Of a stretch of 64,000 bases of DNA, positions 26,496 through 38,049 are shown one piece after another. Made by a program: the position numbers and the translations under genes. This DNA is from Felis catus (lineage: Eukaryota), in the NCBI RefSeq assembly GCF_018350175.1, contig NC_058368.1:57600001-57664000 (forward strand). The letters are read 5' to 3'. The notes beneath the pieces are model-generated. The model saw only the letters and a list, made by a program, of their open reading frames with translations. It searched no databases and was not told where the DNA came from. The first letter of the stretch is position 1. Each line of letters begins with the position of its first letter.

Positions 26496-26499
26496 AGGT

Positions 26500-26920
26500 A
26501 TTATAGACTGGGAGATGGTTTGACCAGATTTCCCTTCAAGAAAGCACATCTTGCTGCAGCAGCTGGAAATGCTGTCAGCAGATTGTCTTCAACTCTCAGA
26601 TTTTGGGGGGATTTTACAAAGCTCAGAGAATTGCCTCATCCAAAGTAACAGTTTTCCTGGGACAACCCATATCCTATGATTGATCACAGTAATGGTATAA
26701 TGACTTGGAGATTTAGCCTTATGTGAGACGACTTTGATATGATGTCTCCTTAGAGAATCCCACTGAGTCACCCAAAGTTTGTTGGAGGTATATGCAGTTT
26801 GATGTCTACCTGTGCTCAGTCTTGTTTCCTCCAAGTGTCCTCACATGCACTGATAACTGAGAATATCCTGAATGCTAAACTCGGTCATGGGAATTGCCTC
26901 TAGGAAGCCGTTTGTCATAA
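26500..26920 (+). mobile_element. LTR16-type ERVL solo LTR
   Basis: cccttcaagaa...cagctggaaatgctg...tgcctcatccaaagt...cctgaatgctaaactc matches the recalled LTR16A layout. Confidence 0.7.
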
Positions 26921-27018
26921 TAGTCTATCTAATAAAACCACAATCTACAGTAAATATTATGATGTATGGTGAAACATGGAAAAAAGTAATCCTCAAATGT
27001 TGGTGAAAAGAAATATTC

Positions 27019-27250
27019 TGTTGGAGATTACATTAATGGCCTCAAAAATATCATCCTTCACTTTATCCATAACCTGTGCCAGTGAGATTCCAGTCCTCCC
27101 CACTAAAGAGGTAGAGTTTATTTCCTTATACCTTAATCCCAAAACTCGGCCAGGTGACCTGTCCTAACAGAAAATGAAAGAAATGATCCTACATCAGTTC
27201 CAAGCCTACATCTTTAAAATTCTATAGATGTACTTTGCTGTTCATTGTCA
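27019..27250 (+). mobile_element. MLT1 (F/G/H-like) LTR 5' fragment
   Basis: cctccccactaaagaggtagagtttatttt...cagttccaagccta. Confidence 0.6.
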
Positions 27251-27329
27251 CTTTTAATCATCTTTTCAATAAAGAATCTAGTTAGTCCCATAGGACAAAG
27301 AATAGTAATAGTACTAAGAAAAATAAACA

Positions 27330-28580
27330 AAAACAAAATTTTAATTATTTCCAAATGATAGCATATATGATAGAATATCAAACTGTCTAAAGAATAATTT
27401 TCAAAATCAGAAAAGAATTTTAAAAGTTTCTGGACACCAAAATAATATACAGAAATTATATCCATATATATTAGCAATATTTCTAAAAGAAGCAATCTAA
27501 TAGTTAAAATATTAAATTTGTAAGAGGTTATTGTAATTAGCATAAAAATTGAGATATAATTTGAGATCTATTTCATAACGTTTTAAAAGACCTCTTCTGA
27601 AAAATATAAAACCATTTTTTAGGACTAAAGATGAATCAAAACATGGAAACTTATAAGGTATTCATGAACTGGGGAAATCCACATGACAATTTACATTCTC
27701 TCCAAATTAATGTGTAAATTCAATGTAATGCCAATCAAAATTCAAAAAGGTTTATTGAAGAATTTGACAAGCTGATAACACAATTCTATAGAACTACAAA
27801 AGTCAAAACATGGCCAAGCATTGCTCGAAAAGAAAAGTGAGATGAAGGCGCTCTCTCTACAGGCAAACCTTGTTTTATGGGGCTTTGTTTGATTCTGCTT
27901 CACAGATACTGTGTTTTCCCCCTCCCCCCTTTTTTTCTTTTTAAACAAATTGTAGGTTTGCAGCAACCCTGCATTAAGCAAGTCTATTAGCACCATTTTT
28001 CCAACAGCATTTGTTCACTTTGAGTCTCTGTGTCACTATTTGGTAATTCTCACAATATTTTAAAACCTTTTCACTATTATTATATTTGTTATAGTGATTT
28101 GTCATAAGTGATTATGACTTGTTGAAAGATCAGATGATGGCTAGCGTTTTTAGGAATAAAGTATTTTTAATTAAGGTATAGACTTCTTTGTAGACACATT
28201 ATTGCACATGTAATAGAGTACAGTGAAGTAAAAGTGTAACTTTTATGTGTACTGAGAAGCTCACTCTACTGCGACATATTGTGGTCTGGAACTGAATCCG
28301 CAGTATCTCTGAGATATTCCTGTTTAAGGTATCAAGATATATTATAAAAGTGTGATGTTGCTGCAGGTATAAACACACAGACTAGTGTAGAAGAATAAAA
28401 ACTGAAACAGCCATGCTTACATAGGCACTAGATATACAATAGAAGTAGCATTGCAGCATAATAGGGAATGAACATTTCCATTAACTGTGTTGAAATTATT
28501 AAATTATATTGGTGAAGAATACTGGATTACTACTTTTCATCCTACACAAAAAAGTTTCACATATCAAAAAGCTAAAGAAA
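27330..28580 (+). mobile_element. Old L1 (L1ME-like) ORF2 fragment interrupted by a Tigger1 derivative
   Basis: cattctctccaaattaatgtgtaaattcaatgtaatgccaatcaaaatt...gaatttgacaagctgat. Confidence 0.75.
27860..28322 (+). mobile_element. Tigger1 internal-deletion derivative (Tigger1a-like)
   Basis: TA|caggcaaacct start and gagatattcctg end; Tigger1 5' and 3' arms are joined directly. Confidence 0.9.
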
Positions 28581-28593
28581 AAAGAAAAAACAT

Positions 28594-28799
28594 GGGGTAT
28601 CTGGGTGGCTCAGTCGGTTAAGAATCTGAGTTTTGCTCAGGTCATGGTCTAGGTATTCATGGATTCAAGCCCCACTTTGGGCTCTGTGCTGACAGCTCAG
28701 AGCCTGGAGCCTGCTTTGGATTCTGTATCTCCCTCTCTCTCTGCCCCTCCGCTGCTCGTGCTCTCTCTCTGTCTCTCAAAAATAAACACAGAAAAAAAA
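28594..28799 (+). mobile_element. Feliform SINE
   Basis: Full head, CT tract and A tail. Confidence 0.95.
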
Positions 28800-28800
28800 G

Positions 28801-29532
28801 TTTTTATTTAAAATCCAGTTAATTAGCATACAGTGTAATATGTAGGTGTACAATATAGTTTCGGGTGTACAATATAGTAAATTCAACAATTTTTCATACA
28901 ACACCCAGTGTTCCTCACAGGTGTACCCCTTAATCCCCATTACCTATTTTTTTATTATGACATTTATTGTCAAATTGGTTTCCATACAACACTCAGTGCT
29001 CATCTCAACAGGTGCTGTCCTCAATACCTATTTAACCCAGTCCCTCATCCACCTCCCCTCTGGTAACCATCAGGTTGTTCTCTACAGTTAAGAGTTTGTT
29101 TTTTTGGTTTGCCTCTCTCCCTCTTTTTCTCCCTTTTGTTCGTTTCTTAAATTTCACACACGAGTGAAATCATATGGTATTTGTCTTTCTCTGACTGACT
29201 TCACTTAGCATAACACTCATTATTTAGCCCCATCCATGTTGTTGCAAAGACTTCATTTTTTATGGCTGAATAATATCTCATACATATATGTATGTATGTG
29301 TGTGTGTGTATGTGTGTGTGTGTGTGTGTATAATCATTCATCAGTCAATGGACACTTGTGCTGTTTCCATACTTTGGCTAGTACAGATAATGCTGCTATA
29401 AACACTGGGGTGTATGTATCCCTCCAAATCAGTATTTTTGTGTTATTTGGGTAGATACCGAGTAGTCAATTGCTGCATCATAGGGTGGCTCTATTTTTAA
29501 CTTTTTGAGAACCCCAGACTGTTTTCCACAGG
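28801..29532 (-). mobile_element. Carnivore L1 3' fragment containing a 75-bp nested feline L1 tail and a (TG)n tract
   Basis: gagtgaaatcatatggtatttgtctttctctgactgact; caatggacacttg...aatgctgctataaacactgggg. Confidence 0.9.
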
Positions 29533-30716
29533 GATCACAGTACTTTAAACTTATATGCACCCTTACTATTTATTTGTGTATTTAAACTTAAAATTTTAAT
29601 ACTCTTCCATATACTCATAACTTTCAAACAAGGAGTTATTACTGCACTAGGGACAGACTAATTAATTCTCTATGTATTAAAATATTTTACCAGGTTTGAT
29701 CCAAGTCATCTGACTCACCTTCTAGATATTTTCTCACGTGAATGTGCTCAGGGGAGCATTCAAATTGCAAATCAGTTATACATACTTCCTTGTTTACATG
29801 AGCTCAAATTGAGACAGTAAATATTATGTGTTTTTCCTAAAGTGTCTTTAAATATATGTCAAAACATGAGAATTCATATAGACACCTAATTTAAATTTTA
29901 GAGAGATTTATATGTTCATGTATTTGTTTTCCATTTCTAATATGTTAGTGAACTATATGGCTTAATCTTCAATAAAAGGAAAATATAACTTTGCTATGTT
30001 AATATTTTAACTGACATTTGAATGTCATCTCTCAGAACATTTCTGAGAAAACCAAATCCAATAGATTTGTTACAAATATTTTTATGTTTACATAAAAATG
30101 TTACAATATTTTAGTTTGTGCAAAGCTTAATAATTATTTAAAAGATCTATTTATAAGTCATCATTTCCCTCTCATTGAAATATTTAATTATTATAATATA
30201 TATTGTGGATATACTTATGTAATTGAAATATAAAGTGTTATTCATATTTGGAGATCCTTATTGAGAATACTACTTCTGTGACTTAGAATGATTTAACCCT
30301 TGGTAAGTTAATTAACTTATTTTTATCATAATTAATTCTTGCTTTGCAGGGCTCTGTTTAAAAAATTAGTTATGATTCAGTAATATTAAAAGTGCAAAAT
30401 TTTAACAAAATGAGTAGTTATCAAGAAATGCTAGTTTTATTTATAATTAATATTAAAAACACAAAATAATAATTTCCTTTCTTTCTACTAAGCAGACTCC
30501 ACCTAGATAGGCATATAATTGTGAAAACAGTGAGATCTTGACCAAGGTTGATTGGGACATCAGAGGGAAGTAGATTTTCAAATATAGAAAACCTTCTGTA
30601 GTAAACAAATTTTAATTACGAGTTTTTCGTTCTCTATATTAGAAAATTGGCTGGCATGGAGATGGCACCTTTCTTCATTTTAGGCAAGACCAGAGACTTC
30701 CTACTTCCTAATTCTT

Positions 30717-30721
30717 TTTTG

Positions 30722-30758
<37 letters not shown>

Positions 30759-30865
30759 GTTTTTATTTAAATTCCAATTAGTTAACACACACTATAATAT
30801 TAGTTTCAGGTGTACAATATAGTGATTCAACACTTCCATCCAATACCCAGTGCTCATCACAACAA
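30717..30865 (-). mobile_element. Very short carnivore L1 3' end with (ATT)n tail
   Basis: ttagtttcaggtgtacaatatagtgattcaac; TSD ctaattctt (30708-30716, 30866-30874). Confidence 0.88.
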
Positions 30866-31439
30866 CTAATTCTTATATAGTGTCATCACCAGAAGAGGGT
30901 AGCTTAATAAGAAAAATGAGGCACTAGTTAGACTATGTGAAATATTATGATAGATTCACATTTTTTCATTTTGAACACTAAATTGTGATTTTCTTAGAAA
31001 TTTTAGACATGAGAAAAGCTAGATATTTGAGATACTTTTTTATTTTACTAAAATATAACTACTCATTACCCTACACCAATATCTGATAGGAAAATTACCC
31101 CATCAGTGGTAATATACTAAAAATGGAATCAATTCTCCATTGTAGAAAACAATGAATAATTGTAATGATTCAAGGGGTTCTTTTATAAAGCTTTGTCAGT
31201 TATAGTCTTAAATACAAAGCTAAATTGAAACTCAGATTAGCATGTTGGGCACATATTGGTTATGTATGTCATGTTAGGCAGTTGAAGCCTAAAAAGTCAT
31301 TAATTTAGTTGTTAAAGTTTTCGGATTTTATTACTTTAAAAGAGCATGCATTAAATGATTTTTAAAAACCTAACAAGGGTGAAAGCTTTACTGAAACCAC
31401 AGTTTTACTTTTCTTCCTTTACTATTTTCATTATTTGCA

Positions 31440-31580
31440 TGTGTGCATGTATAAACACACATCCACATCCATACATGCATCACACATCCACATCCATACA
31501 TGTATAAACACACATCCACATCCATACATGCATATGCATGTATCCTATTGGTTCCATTTATCTGGTTGAACCCTGATACA
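31440..31580 (+). mobile_element. MLT2-type ERVL LTR 3' end with CA-rich minisatellite
   Basis: tcctattggttccatttatctggttgaaccctgataca resembles the MLT2 terminus, preceded by about three copies of a 25-28 bp unit. Confidence 0.7.
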
Positions 31581-31589
31581 GCAATAAGG

Positions 31590-32720
31590 GATAGAATTTG
31601 TGTAGCAAGGAGGAGAAAATGAGATAAATAAGGACATGACTGGAGGGTGATAGGTAGCAAAGGGATGGATGTGATGTGGTCAAAGTTTGGCAGTCTCGTG
31701 AGATGAAGGAATTTTTAAAAAGGTGGTGATAGATTCAATAGCAGCTTGGAAAAATACCAGGTAGAAATTAGGAGTGATTTGTATAAAGACTGTGGAGACT
31801 GTTTAGTTAATGATAATGTTTTAGTTATCATGAGTGAGTTTAAGATCTTTGAAAGTGTCATAAAGTAACTGAGGGTTCAAATGGAAAGATTCTGTGTAAT
31901 GAGCGAGTACTGAAATATTATTTTTTAAAACTTTTTTAAAAGATTTATTTATTTTTGAGAGAGAGTACAAGCAGGAGGGGGCAGAGAGAGAGGGGACTGG
32001 AGATCCAAAGCAGACCTTGCACTGACAACAGTGAGCTGGATGCAGGGCTTGAACTCATGAACTGCAAGATCATGACCTGAGCTGAAGTTGGATGCTCAAA
32101 TGACTGAGCCATCCAGTCACTCCAAGGGAGTACTGAAATATTGAAAGAGTTAAGACTGAGATTCTGGCAGTTGAATTTTGATGAATTAGAATATATGGAA
32201 GTTTTATAAATACTTACAAATACAAAATTATGTATGTAAATCTGATGACATTTGCCTCATAAGATCCATAGTATTTGAAGGAAACAAGAAATGAAATGGT
32301 TTGGGAATGACAATGAAAATCAAGGAAGATAAGTGACTCCCTACATATCTCCTGTGGAACGTGGAATGAATTAGAAACAAAACAAAGCAAAAGGCAAGAT
32401 GTGAGAGATCTCCAATGAGCTCAGGGATACAAGGAAGAAGTATCCTCAGGAGAAAGTGAAGTTCATTTTAAAGCATGAAGGTGATGGGGAAACACATGGT
32501 GGAGGTGAGGAATATATAAAATGGTAAAGATGATGAAACGAGTTCTAATGAGAACAGTGGAAATGTGAAGAGGTTTGAAACTGGGTCAGACAGCTATGCT
32601 TTATATAAAACTAGAGTCAGGAAGACTGTAAATTACCTGGGATAGTTGATTTTCTAGTGATGAAAAGAGTTTTCTGAAGAGGCTTATACAGCATGAAGGT
32701 ATTAGTTCCATTAGAGTTTA
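31590..32720 (-). mobile_element. L2 LINE 5' (endonuclease) region remnant
   Basis: Minus-strand 32477-32433 translates HALK*TSLSPEDTSS, compared with the recalled L2 APE motif LALTETWLSPEDTAS. Purine-rich plus strand. Confidence 0.6.
31920..32123 (-). mobile_element. Carnivore SINE
   Basis: Antisense SINE; flanking repeat gagtactgaaatatt. Confidence 0.93.
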
Positions 32721-33103
32721 GGGAATCAGTTTAGTGTTTGTGGATGACTGGAGGGAGACAGTGATTGATCAGAAGCAGATTAAATTATATATACATTCCT
32801 TAATTCCTCCTTATAAGCCATTTAAACTATATCTAGTCCATATTACACATTACTATTAACATTATTTTTATGGTGGAAAAATTAGAGTCAAAATAGAGAT
32901 GAAGTGAGAATAACCAGTAGAAATCGAGAATATTAAAAATAATAATAAAAAAAGGCAAAACCAAACTCCCACACCTACATACTATCATATAGTCAATATT
33001 CTTACCTAAGAAATATGCTTTGGAGTAGATTCGTGTCTTTAGTGAATGCATAAAACTTATCAAATGTTCTATACATTTTTTGAAATGACAGAATCTTACT
33101 TTA

Positions 33104-33316
33104 TTTTTTTTTTCAACGTTTATTTATTTTTGGGACAGAGAGAGACAGAGCATGAACGCGGGGGGGGCAGAGAGAGAGGGAGACACAGAATCAGAAACAG
33201 GCTCCAGGCTCTGAGCCATTAGCCCAGAGCCCGACGCAGGGCTCGAACTCACGGACTGCGAGATCGTGACCTGGCTGAAGTCGGACGCTTAACCGACTGC
33301 GCCACTCAGGTGCCCC
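33104..33316 (-). mobile_element. Young feline SINE (SINEC_Fc-type)
   Basis: Near-consensus; TSD cagaatcttacttta. Confidence 0.97.
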
Positions 33317-33889
33317 CAGAATCTTACTTTAAATGAATTACGTCTACCTGCTTTTGAAGCAAAAACTGATATATTTAGCATTAGTTTAATGGAGACTCTC
33401 AGAAGCATTTCAAACCTAAATTGATATTAGAGGTTGATTTTAATTCTTGCAAAAGTTATAATTGGAATGCTTTCGGGATATACCTTTTCTTGTACTCACG
33501 TTTCTGTCCTTCACTTTCAGTATGACCAAGGAATTAGAGATTATGTGCATGCAGATCTGTGTCTGCTTTTTTTTAAATAAAGTTATACAAACTCAAGGTA
33601 AATCCTAGAAAGTTTAAGGGAATGAAATTAACACACAATATAGTCTAACATCAATATAGTCTAACATCTCTATATGATAGAGAGCCTATTTATTATTCAA
33701 TGAGTACTTATTTGTTTCCTATGGATCTGTCCAATTATTAATGATAAAAAGAATTAATAAAATACAATCAATGAATTTCTCAATTAACTTATATACTGAA
33801 ATAATTTTAGAGAGATTCTTGCTGAAAAAACTTCTGAAGAAAGAGAAACTGCCTTCAGATAGAACAGAGAAAAATCAAAATCACACTAA

Positions 33890-34160
33890 CATTTAACCAA
33901 AAAGAAAGAAAAAGAAGTGAAAGAGTAATTAAAAAAAATAAGGACAAGGACAAAAATGGAACTATAAGTTAACAGAATAACAAGAAGAAAAATGTCAAGG
34001 AAAATGGCAAGGACAACATGAAAAATAGCAAGCAAAGAAGAAATACAAGGACAGAAACAAGATCAAGAACAACAAGCAATAAAAAATACAACAGGAATGA
34101 GTAGAAGGATTAGGAAAAGAGAAAAGAGAAAAAAAAGACAAAGAATAAATAAAGCCACGG
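33890..34160. repeat. A-rich low-complexity tract with AAGGAC/AAGAAC-like units
   Basis: Seen directly. Confidence 0.7.
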
Positions 34161-34719
34161 TAAAGAAACCAGAAAAATACTGCCTTAGCTGGTGAACATC
34201 AAAAATAATAAATCACGTGGATAGTATGTTCCCTGATGAGGTTATTTCCGTGATTAAAATATAATTGTAGTTATTAAGTATTTATAAGTATAATTTATTT
34301 TAATATAGCTGATCATTGATTGTCTCTTGATATTTTTAACATAATTTACACAGTGAGTAAATACAAGTCATGCATCAAAGTCTGCTAAAATAGTTTTTTT
34401 TTTTCTATTTCTTGTACAGGAATATTTCCCTTTAAGGAAATCACATAAAGTTTATATTGTATATATAACTGGACAAGATTTCTCCCCAAATAAGACTGGC
34501 TAAGAGCACACTAATATACTTATTATTAGTTATGTTTATTCCAAAGTTAAGCTAAGAACTTAAATTTATGTACACATTTAACTTATTTTAAAATATGAAA
34601 AATTGTGAGTATATTAATGTTATTGTTTAAAAATAGAGATCATTATGGAATGTGAATCACAGCAGTTGTAAATGAAAAGGAATACAAGTAAATTTTATAA
34701 AGGAGGGAGAATTTTTTAT

Positions 34720-34835
34720 CTAGACTTGCACTGTCTGATATACTCACACAGGCCTCATGAGAATATGTATATTTAAGTTACTTAAATTAAATAAGATTTA
34801 AAATTCAGTTCCTTAGCCCCATCAGCTACATTTCT
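34720..34835 (-). mobile_element. MER3/MER33-like hAT fragment
   Basis: ctagacttgcactgtctgata...aaattaaataagatttaaaattcagttcctt. Confidence 0.65.
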
Positions 34836-35294
34836 TATGGAGTGGTTTATATATAGTAGAAAGTAAATATTTGTTATAAGGTTGAATGATGAAGGGGTTA
34901 GCATATTACAGGTTTTATAATTGGATTTTGTGCAAAATATGAGATTTTCCAAACTTTTGAGTTTATCTTTAGAGTTCCAACTTCTTCACAACTAAGAGAA
35001 AACTCAGATAATACCAAGGCCTAGGTGGTTTTTAGTCATTTGTTAACAAAACTAATTGCATCTCCCTGGGCTCTCTTTTGCACCCCCAGTTGAATCTCAG
35101 TGAACTGCAACTCCCAAGCACATATCTGAAAGTTGTCCAAGGGAAGACTTGAGAAGTTCTGTTACCCATTTCAAACAAATGTTCACAAGATTTCTGTTAA
35201 AAAATTACCATTGAGAAATCAGTAGCTTTATTGATATACTTATTGCAAATGAAGCTAAAAATCAAAAGACAGGTAATGCATATTGAATTTGACT

Positions 35295-36300
35295 CAGTTT
35301 GAACTGCTGATACTCCAAATACTGTATTAAGCCCTGAGAATATAAAAATAAAAAGTCACACTAGCATTCAAGAAACTCTGTCTTAAACAATTGTATGACA
35401 AAGCATGATACAGCATAATGGTGTTTTCTAAAGCCTTTCCAAATATGTGCCAAATTCTGAGGGATGTATAACATGTATTTTTATTTGAAACTCTATACAA
35501 CTATTTTTATAGCTACATCTGTCAGACTGAATGCAATATTGTTTGCAGAGCAAAGTACAACTTCTTTGTGTCAGAGGTAAGAGATGAAGCATAAACTAAA
35601 ATTAATGTCACAGAAAGTGTTTTCTGGAACATGCAAGAACTTGGCCTCCTGAGAACATAAGAGAGTTTATTCAGGGCAGTAAACATTCCACTCTAAAAGC
35701 AACATGGTTTTGAAAGGCAAACATTAAATAGTGCAGTAACTCTGGATTCCTTTATAGACACTCTGAGACATTGTTATATTGTAGATATTTTGTTATATTA
35801 TTCTTGACTTGTGGGTAGTAATTTTTTACTCTTAATTCTGTCAAGTGCAGCTGCCAAAATTTCTAGTATTTACAAACAATCCACTAATACAAAAAGAACA
35901 GGAAACACAGACATATAAACACAACCTTAAAGTGTAATTTAATAAATATTAGTGTATGTATATGATAGTAATCCTAAGGCTTCAGAGATAGTGTCATAAA
36001 GGAGGTAATATAATAAAAAGCTAAAAGAAATGGCTTGCAAAAGAGTTGGTGAAATCTTGGAGATGAAATTGACAACAAATACTGGTTCTATCTAAAATAA
36101 AAGTATTTTGGAACATGGGGATGCTTGGGCCATAGGATATGAGGCTGGGGAGGTGAGCGTGAAGACATTGAGAAACCTTGAATGTTATGACAAGAAATTC
36201 TGTATAGAAGAGGTGATGAAGGGATTTTAACCAAAAAGGGAGTATGCATCATGATATAATAGTCTAGAATTGGTAGACTCAGCAAGACAAAGATTTTGAG
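35295..36300 (-). mobile_element. Scattered L2 fragments
   Basis: tactgtattaagccctgagaatataaaaata...cattcaagaaactc and tgaggctggggaggtgagc...gggattttaac. Very diverged and probably discontinuous. Confidence 0.4.
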
Positions 36301-36699
36301 GTGGGGGTTTTGAAAAAGCTTCTGGATGATACAGTTATTTGATGTGATATATTGAAAAGATTAGAAGTGTCATATTTTTAAATAAGATTTTCATGAAGCT
36401 TCTGAATTGACAATAAAATTATTTGGAACACTTATCTTCCAGGGATTAGTAATGTTTATATTACAGAACACAGTAGATCACAAAATCATGTCAATGAATG
36501 CAACCAAATAGTAAAATCACATTAGGGTAGACAAGAAGTTGAATATTTGGAGATGGTTTCAGCTCACAGTACCCCCTTTCTTCCCCATCTTGACTTGAAA
36601 GTACTATTAATACCTGGGGACATTATCAATCCTGCTCTTCGGCACTATTTCAGGTGTCTTAATGGTGTATCAAGTTCTGGGAGATGGTTTTCACCAAAT

Positions 36700-37250
36700 G
36701 TCATGTTTTCCTGTCTTGTTGCTTGATGATCATTTTTTAGAACATTTGATAGTACATAGCAGCTACACAGAAGCATTTATGGCAATAGAGACTACACATC
36801 TAAATAGTACATCACAGACGAAAAATAGAAGAATTACTATCAGAGTTTATAGTCTGCTTCTAAACCAGTAGCCAAGAGTGCCCAAATTAAGACAAACCTA
36901 GATCCCATTTCCAATTCAAAGTGTCCTCAGAATAGATACAGTTATACTAGACAAATTACCCAATTTTTTTCAGATCATTTTATTAGTATCAAAGATTGCA
37001 GAGAGATCCACATGGATATAAGCACACCATTCTTCTCCTAAAACAGTATACGTTCCTCCTTGGAAGGCCAACGTGCTATCTGAAGAGGCTCTATTCTGAA
37101 TCACTGCCTATTAGGTTTCATGGGCAAAGAAGGCATAATGTAGTACAACTGCCCTTGCTAACCTATACACAGAGAATTTCCCCCCATCATGGACATCTTA
37201 TAAAGCACAGAGTAAAGAGGCTTCAGGAGAGAAGAAAATAGTCTAGAACT
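36700..37250 (-). pseudogene. Retroviral env remnant (TM: immunosuppressive domain, decayed CX6CC, transmembrane helix)
   Basis: 37107-36970 reads AVIQNRASSDSTLAFQGGTYTVLGEEWCAYIHVDLSAIFDTNKMI*; downstream WFRSRL*TLIVILLFFVC. Contains stop codons. Confidence 0.85.
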
Positions 37251-38049
37251 GACTTTAGGGGTTAGGATTTCAGTTCTGAAAATGAGGCCCAGTGCTGTAA
37301 CAGTAAGGTACTGCTCAATCAGTAATGTCCCTAAGAAATCAAATTTGTAGCATTAAGGTAAATTACACTTAAAGCAAAAGTAGGTATTTCTCATAAGATC
37401 AGTAGAAGGGAGACAGTCTCCAATGCACACCATCTGTTCTCTAGTCATCCTCCATGTTTTATCTCCATGAAAGTGCATACACCAATTATCTTTAAAAGAA
37501 AAAATCTAGCTCTAATGCAAGATCCTGGAGTATTGTTTTGATGGGATAGGAACCTAATTTTTAAATAATAAAGTTATAGAGGATTTTCAATTTCTAGCTA
37601 TTTAGCCAGTTGCAGTATATGCCATTTCAAAGTTACCTAATGGTTGAATCAGTTCCCAGGAAATCAACTAATTCATCACAAAGAAATTGTACCAAGGTAA
37701 GCCTAGTCGCTCCTAAAGAAAATGCTCACCAATCCCATAATACATTTTATTATATACACTTCAGCAAGTTTGTGAATAAATTGTGTCCAGGTATTAAACC
37801 TATTTCAAGGGGTGACTAAGGATTCTGAAAGCAATATTAAGAAAGATTAAAGAATCATGTTCTTTTTTTTTTCTTTGTCCCATGTATCTTGGGAAGAAAT
37901 TGTATCTCATAGAGCCAACTACTTGATTCAAATGTCTTAGGTACAAGCAGTCTCCAAATGGAAACTGGTTTCAGTTTATAAAAGTTCTCAGCTCTAGGTT
38001 TCTAGTAGGGACTATCTTTCAGTAATCAGAGGATGGCTTTGTCCTCTTT

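Noticed and set aside
36300..36568. 3' LTR of the ERV
   Set aside because: TG follows the polypurine tract, but I cannot recognise LTR features or a terminus further on, so it is not called.
36700..37900. Intact syncytin-like env gene
   Set aside because: Multiple stops, an apparent deletion of the furin site and fusion peptide region, and lost cysteines.
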